Assembly: GCA_023920165.1 (NCBI GenBank)
Contig: CP089275.1
Coordinates: 3,658,001 to 3,722,000, forward strand
From: Curvularia clavata
Taxonomy: Eukaryota
Length of the DNA: 64,000 bases
Direction of reading: 5' to 3'
Shown: one piece after another, positions 1-10,240 of the stretch
Numbering within the stretch: the stretch's first letter is position 1
How the letters are laid out: each line of letters begins with the position of its first letter
Notes under the pieces: model-generated
What the model was told of the DNA's origin: nothing
The model's input: the letters and a program-made list of their open reading frames with translations, nothing else
Database searches by the model: none
Position numbers and translations under genes: made by a program

Positions 1-210
1 ACAGGAGCAAAGTATATTTTTTACAAATCTATTTCAGCCAAACGCCAGCACTCGTTTCGACAATGAATCTTGCGGCATGGTATCATTACTAACCTTTTAT
101 TCCTTTGTAAACGCCAATAACCTAACTATGGTGATTATGCGATAAACCCTAATCCTGGTGTTACATTGCGATCATACATGCCCGAAAAGAAGAATAACTG
201 ATTGCTTATC

Positions 211-1537
211 CTATTCCTGATTCTCAGGATTTTCGGCCTTGACCAACTCAGGTCCCCAAAAAGCGTCTGATTCTTTTTCATATCCCTCTCGAGCAAGCTT
301 CCTTCTTTTAGCTTTGCTCTCCTCTAGCGCATCACCTTGCACAGCGTCTCTCTTTTGGGCCTGATTGAGCTTGACAAGATCAACCTTGTCTGGGTCACGG
401 CAGTTCTTCAACTTTTGCACGAGAGCTTTGACTTCGGCTTTGTGTTTTGCTTCGCGGGCGTCTCTCTCGGCAGCGGGAAGCGTATTGTTGACATAAAGCC
501 GATGACTGGAGATGAGTGAGGCGCAGGAGCGCAGAGTAGATATGAGTTTGGCATAGTGGGGATGTGATTGGGGGAGTTTGGTGGAGATGTAAAACAGAGT
601 GAGAGGTTCGTCAGCGAGGAGATGGGCTGAGAGCCAGATTTGGGATGGCGTATAGAGGAAGTAGGCGTCCGTAAGCACGGCAATGGTACGAAGCGTAGTC
701 GTCGCAGTACCATATGCGGCATGGATTCGCTCCTCGACTTTCTTCTCTGGCATCTTGATGGCTGTGCCACCAGTTTTGGCGGGCAATGACAAGATCTTTG
801 CTTGCACATCCTTTGGCGCCATATCTTGAATAGGGCCCTGGTACTTTCCATGCACCATTTCCAACATCTCCATGTGACCAGCTTTGAGAGCGCGGAACGG
901 GTGTCGCACATCAAGGTTGTATCGTAGTCCCTGCATGATGATGTATTCGGGTGCGAGGACGTCTTCGGCGGTCACATTGCGTCCGGCACCTTCTGCGTAT
1001 TGGGAGACGTGGATGTTGAAGAGCTCAATCTTTGTGGCCATGAACATGATTGTGCGCAGAATGGTGTTGACGTGATAGGTCATGGGCGAGTTGTAGAGGT
1101 AGAAGCGGCGCATGAATTGGATGCATGTTGCCTGAGATTCTGTCAATATCGTGTCTCATTCGCAATGGCGATAGGTGGCGTACGACGACGTTCAGTGGGA
1201 AGCTGTAGTGGTTTCCCAGGGCTATGGCGCGCTCGCAAAACTCGTCGACAATCTTCAGCTCCTCTTCTGCGGTAAGGCAATTCACCTCGGTCACTGTCTG
1301 CATGCCCGGATTGGGCGTATTCGATCCGCTCGCATTCTCTTTGTCGGCGCTGGGGGTCGCGCCATCGTTGTCGGCATCCTGGGCGCGCTGTGCTCGCACG
1401 CGCGCAAGGTTCGCCTTGACGCGCTCGGTGGCCTGGAGATTGATCCTCAGACGCTGCTCGGCAAGCTGCGCGCGGGTGAAGGACCAGTTTCGGTATTGCG
1501 TGGAGCTTCGGTAGAGGTCGTCTTCTGTGAGCTTCAT
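211..1537 (-). CDS. CCL1: Cyclin H (TFIIK/TFIIH cyclin, Ccl1-like), 2 exons
   Basis: N-terminus MKLTEDDLYRSSTQYRNWSFT; ATCIQFMRRFYLYNSPMTYH, ATK, LTDAYFLYTPSQIWL cyclin H motifs; GTACGC..CAG intron 1183-1132 joins the two ORFs in frame. Confidence 0.92.
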
Positions 1538-3008
1538 GGTTGCGTCGAGGGAGGTGGCTACGTACTCTCAGGGACGAACTTTCGGATAAGCCTGTCCTAC
1601 CACAACATTGCAGCCACCCACTCACCTTGACAAAATATGACTACGACCTCTGAAGCATATGAAATCGACTGCATTATCGGTTTTGAAGACTCTCAGTTAT
1701 TCATATCATTTATTTCATATTATGCAGATTATTTTGGTGATACTGACTATCAATCTATACCACTGTTGAAATTAGCTGTAATTGTCACGACTACTCACTG
1801 TATGCTATGTTCGTAGCACTTATGTATCCACTTTTAAAGGTTGTCGTAGTTGTCACATTTACTATTCAGTGTATTGACAGCGTATTTGAGCTCGATTTAA
1901 TTTTCCAATTTTATTGGTCGTGGAAGAATCAATTGAGCTGCTTTGGTAGCCCGGTTTTACCCCGGTACTACATCCATTCGTCGTGTAACAACTAGTAACA
2001 ACAAGCACTCTAAGCTTTGGAGAGCTACTTTGGATCGACTGGGCTGGCAGGTCAAATGTACCCGGATTCCAGGTAAACAAGTACTGGTACCATGGAGGTG
2101 GTTCTAGCTGTCACGCGGAGAGCCAATCAGTCTGCAGCTAACGGCTGCAACCCAAGAACATGCTCAATTCTGCTCAAACACCGTCTAGAATGTGCTCGTT
2201 TTACCGGTTCTAGCAGTGTCTTGGATTAAATTGAGAATCTTACAAAAACCCTCGTTGTGCCCGTTCCGTTCGAAAGGCACATTGCCGCTTCTTTGCTCGT
2301 TCACCTCACCTTGCCTCTACATCCCGCCCCCATTGTATGCCAAGCCTGAAGCATAGAGATTGTCTACATGTAAGCGACCTGCCTACCTCTGCGATAAGGT
2401 CGTCAGGCGCCCGTATGGTGTCAGTGCTTTCGCCTTACTTCTACACGAACAGCGTTGTTATGTTCGCCACCTCGTCCTTGGAAGGAAGGTGCTCGTAATC
2501 AGCGAGCACGGCTAATGGCTCCCAACGGCTTGCAATAACCCGCGTCTCCTCTGGCCCTTTGAAGACGTTGATTGCGAATGCCAACAACCTTCAGAAGTAA
2601 TTCCGCTGGCCTTGGCAGCTGCCTTATCAGGCTAAGCTTAGAACCTAGTCCGTCATTGGCAGCTGACCAGCATACCCGTTCATGCAGGCCTAACTCGTGG
2701 CCAAGCATGGAGTCCCTCGGCACCCAATGTGTCTGGCCTGGAAACCCTACTCCCAAGACCAGGCCAAGACTTGCCGAGTACATTGTTGCATACCGCAGCC
2801 ATATGGTTGCTTTTGCGTGCTGCTGGGATCACCATACTAATCTTCGGAGCATCTATGATAGGAAGGTCTCTGTATGGGTCGGGATGTAGGGTCCGACCAT
2901 CATGGCCATATGTCGTACGGAGCGGGGAAGGGTATATAATGAAGACCTCTTTGCTCCCATGTCGTACTTCATCCCAACTGCCCAAGTCAATCTACGGCCG
3001 TGTTCATC

Positions 3009-4834
3009 ATGAAGTGGGTTTCAATTTCCACGGCTTTGCTGCCCTTGGTCGCAGCCAGCGGCTATACTCGTGAAGAATATGCTAGCGGAGCTGTGATGGA
3101 GGCCATGATGGCTGGCAAGGAGGTGAGTCTGAGACAAATACATTGCCCTGTGATTGCGTACTGACAAGTCCAGGCTGCATGGGCGAAGGAGCGCGCTGCT
3201 GGCAACTACGACAGCAAGAAGTGGAGCGGCTTCGACAACAAGCGTCCCTCCAAGGGTGCTTTGAAATGCCAGAACGGACGAGTTGAAGCCGTGCCCGGTG
3301 ACGCTGATCAAACCTACCGCTGCAAGAATGTGGACATGTACGATTTCAAGACGCATGCCGAGCTCGGAGACGCAGTTGGAGAAGGCTCGGGCTCCTGGGG
3401 ATGGACTAGCAAATCGGGACGCGAATATGTGAGTAATTCTCTACATCCGTGTTCGGTGTTTGAGAGTGGTGATGGGCTCTGCGGCTCAGCCCTGAGGCTC
3501 ATGGACCCTGAGGCTCAACTCACGTCACGTGACACAACTACACCACCCCTACACCACCCCATAACTAAACCCCATAACTAAACCGCTCCATAACTAAAAA
3601 CCCCCCATAAACACACGACTCCAGTGCTGACATTTATTACAGATTGCTATTGGACAGACCTACGGTGCATCCTTCTCTGAGGTTACCAAGGAGGGTAAAC
3701 TCGAGTACCTGGGTCGTCTTCCGGCCCAAAACGACTCTGTCATCTGGCGTGAAATGAAGGTCGTCGGCGACAGTCTCATCATCGGATCAGAGGGCGTTGG
3801 ACATCACGTGCAAGGTAGGATTGATTGTCTGACTCTAAACTTGACCCAAGACCACTGCTCACACAAGTGCAGTATTTGATTTGAAGAAGCTGCTCAAGCT
3901 GTCGCCAAAGAAGCCATACACCTTTGACAAGGTCAAGGATGTGGCTTTGGTTGATATCAACCAAGGAATTAAGGGGCGAACACATACCGTCATCGGTAAC
4001 CAGGAAAAGAACTACGCCGTTGCTTGCGGAGCCGGTGGACGCCCTGGCCGCAACGACACATGCGCTGGCGGTCCTATGTGGATTAACCTAGACGATCCTA
4101 CAAAGCCTTATGTCGAAGGATGTAGTGGACAGGACGGGTACTGCCACGACCTCCAGTGCATTGTCTATAGGGGACCCCACAAGAAATACTACGGCCGCGA
4201 CATTTGCTACGGTTATAACGAGGACACTCTGACCATCTACGATGCCACAAACAAGAAGGGTATGGGAAATGCTGGTGCCATCATTTCGCGCACTCCCTAT
4301 GTCGGAGCCTCCTACACCCACCAAGGCTGGGTCACCGATCCCATGTGGCAAACACACATTGTCATGGACGATGAGCTTGATGAGGGCCAAATTGACCCCA
4401 ACCGCACTGCCGTTGACTCGCCCGCCAAGGACGGTTTTGCGGTTACCTACATTGTTGACATCCAGAACCTTGAAAAGCCATTCGTTAGCGGCCTCTACAA
4501 GACTACCACTCGTTCTGTCGACCACAATCAGTATGTCTACGAGGGATTGAGCTACCAATCCAACTACCAGGCCGGTTTGAGGATTTTGGACGTATCGTCC
4601 ATTCCCCGCTACCCTGATGGTTCCAAGGTCAAGGAGATTGCTTATTTCGACGTCTACCCAGGAGACGACGCCAAGCCCGGCGGTGGTGACGCTCTCTGGA
4701 ACGGCGGAACCTGGTCAGCCTATACCTTTGAATCGGGCTGGATCGTCATTAACACCATTGACCGTGGTGTTTTTGTGGTCAAGCAGAGTGATGTCAAGGG
4801 CCGCAAGAGGGGCAAGGGCCAGTTCTGGAAGTAG
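3009..4834 (+). CDS. Secreted choice-of-anchor-B / LVIVD-repeat beta-propeller-like protein, 4 exons
   Basis: Signal peptide MKWVSISTALLPLVAA; introns 3123-3173, 3429-3642, 3815-3872 give a continuous frame; motifs WGWT, IWREMKV, YTHQGW, DDELDE, HNQYV, SNYQAGLRILD. Confidence 0.8.
3483..3611. repeat. Patchwork of short tandem duplications inside intron 2
   Basis: CCCTGAGGCTCA x2, CTACACCACCCC x2, CCATAACTAAA x3, TCACGTCACGTGA. Confidence 0.8.
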
Positions 4835-5809
4835 AGCTGAACCAAAGCCAGGTTACGTGATATGTCATCAAATTTTAGCTATGAAATGATATTTCAGAAT
4901 ACCATAATATGTTTAAAAAACAACTTGAATATGATCAATTTTCCATCATTTGCTGTCACTGTCGGGGTGCCCAAAAGGGACAAGTGATTTTTACAAGACA
5001 CCAGGCTCCCAGAGACCTTACTGTCTCGTGTGTTGTGCGGATGTACTTGCATGGGGATACTACGTTAAGGTATTTGTCGGAAGTTTGTCAAGTTCTTTGT
5101 TTGCTAAAGTCAAAATTGTTGTCATCTTGGTCGGCCAGCCATGATGGCTCCATATGTTGGCCCAGGCTTAGAAGTGCGAGCCAGAGCAGTATACATAAGT
5201 GCAGCCGATATTTGGGGTTACTATAGATGGCTGATTAGGGCAATTATGAGAGAAGAAAAAATTCATCGCAGGCCTGTAGATACTCTGGGGCAAATACATG
5301 GCTCCACATTTCGAAGCATTCCCAGCTGCAGCCGCAACGGGGTCTGATTACGGCCTTGACGGCAATGTTGAACAGAATGTCTACTGAGATTGAACTGAGT
5401 GTCTGCCTACAGTGTAGCTTTGTTGTGTTAATCAGGCGACTGCACAATTACAGGGCTGGCTGCAATATGTTGGCCTGACCTATTGAGCGGGCTAATCAAT
5501 TGCCCGTGCAACCAACCCTGGTTCTCTGAAACTCTTAGTAACGCAGCCACTCCTAGAAAATACAATGGGGCATGATTTCGCTCTTTTCTAGCCGTTTGCA
5601 TTGTCTGATACTGGTGTCATTTTGCCCCATTATGCACATCACTAGTGTGGGTCCGCCCTGTTGCTCCTTCCCCTCACCGCTTCACCACGTGCTCTGTGAG
5701 AGCTCGAGCTGTCTAGCCAAATCACGTGTGACCAAGAGGACTAGCGTGGCTGCCTGCTATATCAAAGTCGCTGGCCGCCCACTCTTGTTTCTTCCAACAA
5801 ACACACAGC

Positions 5810-6177
5810 ATGCTTCAACAACCCCAGCATGGCTACTATGCCGCTGGTTACAAGTGGAATAGTTCACTTTACAACAATTCTAGCGTGGTAGGTACCTCAC
5901 ATCCCATTGACTTGAACAGAGAAGTAACTTATCTATAGCGCAAGAACAAGGGAGGCCGTGGAGGAAGAGTTGGTGCTGGTGGCACCGGTTACTAGCGGTA
6001 AGTATCCCATTCCCATTCCTAACCTCATTTTTGCATTGGTGCTTGCGTGTGCTAACAATACATAGTTGTGGTGGCGACCATTTACGCAACCGCTGCCCTG
6101 TGGCAGCTGCAGAGGTTTTAGCTGCGTACATCCAGCAGCCAGTCCAGCAGTCAGTCTAGCAACAGAAAGTTCAGTAA
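5810..6177 (+). pseudogene. Three-exon RGG + zinc-knuckle-like micro-gene with in-frame TAG stops
   Basis: TATA-like at 5757; ATG 5810; introns 5888-5938 (GTAGGT..TAG) and 5998-6065 (GTAAGT..GCTAAC..TAG); spliced read MLQQPQHGYYAAGYKWNSSLYNNSSVRKNKGGRGGRVGAGGTGY*RCGGDHLRNRCPVAAAEVLAAYIQQPVQQSV*QQKVQ*. Confidence 0.6.
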
Positions 6178-6641
6178 CTCTCCGGCCTGGCGCTTGCCTG
6201 GAAGGCGGAAAGGACATGAATGAGGGTGGGATAGTGGTCCATTGTTTGCTTGTGCATGCGTGCGTGTATGAGAGAGAGAGAGGGGGGAAAGAATGGGGGC
6301 GCAGTTTCCAGTTACAATGCTTCATAATAAAAGCACTTTACAATAACTGAATGCCTGGCAACTACAGCTATCCCAGTTACTCTAAAGTCGAACTCAATGA
6401 AAATTTTATAAGATCAACATGCGGATCGCCTATGCCAGTATTGAAATGGTAGACCATTGTAGCTTCAGCTGCATCTTACCGCCACAGAGCACTATTGTAT
6501 CTGCCTATAGTTATGGTACTGAGTCTCTCAGGTGTTAGCTTCCTGGAAGTAACGGGGTTAATAGAGTTTAATGTGAAAATTGGCCTCTACTGCCAAAGAG
6601 GTATCCTCATGTTCCTCCATGCGCCAACGTCCGTAGTTACA

Positions 6642-7372
6642 TGAATGGTGTTTGGTCTTTCTTGGTGTGGTTGGATTCTTGGATGGCTTCATGGAGCAAC
6701 TGAGAGTCATGGAGTATGGCGGTGGTGCCGCTGGCCAGTCCAAACGAGTGCATTCATCACTCAAAGGAAAAAGAACTAGGCATGGTTGTGTGACGCTGGC
6801 ACACGGCTGTTCAACGCAGTGGATATGAATTTACTGAAAGTGCCGTAATCTTGGAATTCGCAAAAGCATTCGAGATTAGTGCCTAGACTTTGTCGAGGTA
6901 AAGGCATTGACGTGTGAAACTTCAGCGGCTGAAGAATCTTATAATTTACTTGGCTTTGTAGACTACAACTATCTGCCTACAAACGGTCTGCAGCATTTTG
7001 AGGCTAATAGCCTCCGCCATAATCAGCTCCAGCCGATATTTGGTGCTACCATGGTTGACCAGGACGACGAAGACTTTGCTTTCGATCGTGACGAACTCAA
7101 TGACCCGCCTGCGAACGCCCTAGAATAGCTTGAGCATGATGAATTTCGTATCAAAGAGCAGTGGTTCGAGCTTGCTCATCATTTCTATACGCATATACTC
7201 TATCGCTTGGAATTGAGTTGTATAAGAAATGGTTGACCGCATCCAGGGAAATAAGGAAACTGCTAGGCGATTCAGGCCGATTAACGAACCACCGCCATGC
7301 TCCATGACTCTCAGTTGCTCCATGAAGCCATCCAAGAATCCAACCACACCAAGAAGAACCAAACACCATTCA
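6642..7372. repeat. 85-bp inverted repeat (6642-6726 / 7288-7372), 3 mismatches, 561-bp spacer
   Basis: Direct comparison of the arms; also visible as near-identical peptides in opposite-strand ORFs 6558-6764(-) and 7229-7426(+). Confidence 0.93.
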
Positions 7373-9195
7373 GATTTGAGATGGACGAGTTTCAATGCCA
7401 CAGTGGTATGGCACCGTTGCCATTAGAGAGGAAGACGAGGAAGACGTGAGGTGAGACGTTCAAGGGGCTCATTTTATTGGTGGTATTTCAATCGCGCGAT
7501 CTGATACCCAAATCATCAGCGCGATTGCACCATTACTGATTGAGTGTTTGTACCTTTTGCCTATGGCTGATAAAGTGTAGTCGAGAAGGATATAATAGCC
7601 TGTGACAAATTCGGATGTCTGAACTGAAGTGAATTCGACGACGAGTTGTCGTTGCAGTACGATCTTACCTATTCGGGCATGGCATACTAGCTTTAGAACC
7701 TGGAAGTACTATACATACTATTCAGTTGAAGCAACACGCACTCACCTTTGTATTACCTTGTTTTGATACCTCTCAGCTCAACATCCTAAGCGCAAGGCCA
7801 CTGCCCCATTTGCCACCCGCTCATCTGTTAGGCCTGCTCTTCACTAACTGCTACGCAACTTTCTGCGGTTTGACGCACCGCATTCACATTTTCACTCAGA
7901 CGAAGACCAATTTTAAAGCTGTGTCCATCTAACGCTTCTGGAATCTCCAAAGACAGCGCCTCTGATCTGGTGGCAACTTGTTTATTAAAACGTATATATT
8001 GACCCTCTGCAAGTCGAGGTCTATCGAATCTTTACGTGGGTTCTGCTTCAGAACAGCTGGGCATGCCATATCGCTGGCATTGAGACTTTGCCATCCAGAA
8101 CGATGGAACTAAGCGCCACAATAAAATAATTTTCTAAAGCTAGATCTATACCAAACCTGCGTTGTATCGCGTATTTTAGCCTTGAGCTATAATACTGGCT
8201 TGAGACTTCTGCCGAGAGCATCTTCATGCTGTATATCTGTAGTCTATGGTCCGAGGGCTGTGTGGGGGAAAACAGAATATCGCAGCTGGTTAATTATTGA
8301 CTAAACCTTAGGTCTTGCAAATACAACGCCTGCGGCAATACACTGGGGTGAAGCGGGTTGACACACCAAGGCATTGTAATGTAAACTGCTGTGTTGCATG
8401 CCAGCCACGTGTAATACATGGTCAAAATATGTATCCTTCTATTCAAGGGAGGCGCAGGAGAAAGTAAGATACTCGTTCAGCCCGTGTATACCGTATTGTA
8501 GAAGTATGTGGTCAGAGTGGGGATTTATGCGCGGGTTTCTTTCCGAGTAAATAGGCGCCTTCTTCATTGAAAACAATACTAGCGATTGTTCTTCAGATCA
8601 CTTCATGACTGCTTTATTGCGAGTCACCGCGTGATTATTTTGGCTCGATCTTGTATTTGCCACAAGACACGACTTTGATTCGACTCCTCACTAATCAGCC
8701 ATCTGGTCTCTTAGCTCTGTACTGATTAATCAACCTCCCCAGATGGTATATCATCGTGGACATAGTGAATCCCTGCATGCTGGGCTCTAGTTAGTTGCAC
8801 TTGACAGGTTTCACATTCCAGCAAGCAAACATTCCGTTTTAGAGTGTTGGATTTGATGGTTTGGTTCGCACTTCTCTCAACCTAACATCTACCCTTCAGA
8901 GCGCAACTGTTGCCCGTACTAGGGTGCATATGCGCTCGGGCCCTCGCTGACCTTGGCCTGAAGCCTGTATCGTCGACTATCCCATTGCTTGCAGATTCAA
9001 GTCTCTGCGGCTTGCTGGGTAGCATCCCATGAAGGGGCTCATTCACCGCTTCCAGATACCTCCATTCCTCGGTACGCCCGGCGCTGCGCGGTCTGGATGT
9101 TGATGGGACCACAGGACTCTCGACACATGTAGTATCCCATCGACAATCTGGCGCTATTCTGTCCCTTGAGGCTCTTTTTGTGCTCCTTTGTTCCT

Positions 9196-9758
9196 TCAAA
9201 CAGGCAGTACGGCGGTTATAAAGGCCTCCAAGCCCCGCTCAAACAGCTCGTTGGCAACACCAATGCCGCCCGGGTGCTCGACAGGAGCCAGCGGATTCTT
9301 GACCACATACTCGACATAGAGATTGGCCCAAATCTGGTGCAGGTACTGGCGCAGGTTGATCACCTTGGTGTCGGTAAGCATGACGAATTTCATGCGCGTC
9401 GGTGTCTCGTAGTAGTGGAGCTTGTACTCGCCGGTGCGATAGGAGAGGAAGGTATCGTCGGCACCTCCGAGCTTGGTGACAAAGTTGCGGAGCGAGAAGA
9501 CGAGACCAAAGACGAGCTTCTCATCGTCCGAATGCGACATGCCCTTGCGGACGGCGGCTACAACGTCACCATTGCTTGCAATTGAGTTGCCGGACGTGGG
9601 GCGTGGGGCGGTTTTGGACGAGGACGAGGTTGGACGGGCGGGAGTCCAGCGGCGCGAGTAGATGCATTCGGCTGCAGTTGTGGTCAGCGGCTGCAATGGT
9701 TGGGTTAAGATGGCGACTTACTGTGCCGATCGAATATGTAGAAGCTGTACAGCACCAT
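9196..9758 (-). CDS. BET5: TRAPP complex subunit Bet5/TRAPPC1 (sybindin-like), 2 exons
   Basis: MVLYSFYIFDRH + intron 9721-9672 + TECIYSRRW; KLVFGLVFSLRN, YKLHYYETPT, LYVEYVVKNP. Confidence 0.93.
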
Positions 9759-10240
9759 TGCGGAGGCGGAAAGGGGGCCGGGCAGCAGCAGTCAGGGAGG
9801 TGATGTGAGTATGTGGGGGATGGTCGGCGGTACAGAAGCGGGCGATTCGGGCGCCGCAACCGGTTCCAATCGGGGCGGGATAGCGATAGCACAGAGCCGG
9901 AGGTGACGAGCAATGAGGTCCAGTAGAAGACAGAGGGTCGACGTTACCGCCAAGCAAACTGGCGGGCCTAGGCCGTGAGGTGTGGGGGAGGCGGTGGTTG
10001 CTTGACGACAGCGACAGGCGGAGGCTGAACGGACAAGGCTGAAGACAGGAAAAGAGGGCCCCTCTCCTCTTGTGTGCATAACTCGACAGTCGGAGCATCA
10101 TAGCTGGCCGTCCCGAGTTTCCCCATATTATTTCTCCTTACTACTTGCTAGCCCGCCAGCCCGCCCCCCCAGTGTCAATCTTATCACTCGTTCGCCGTAC
10201 TTAGATACCGCTCGGGCCCTGGCCCTCGTCCAGTGTAGCC

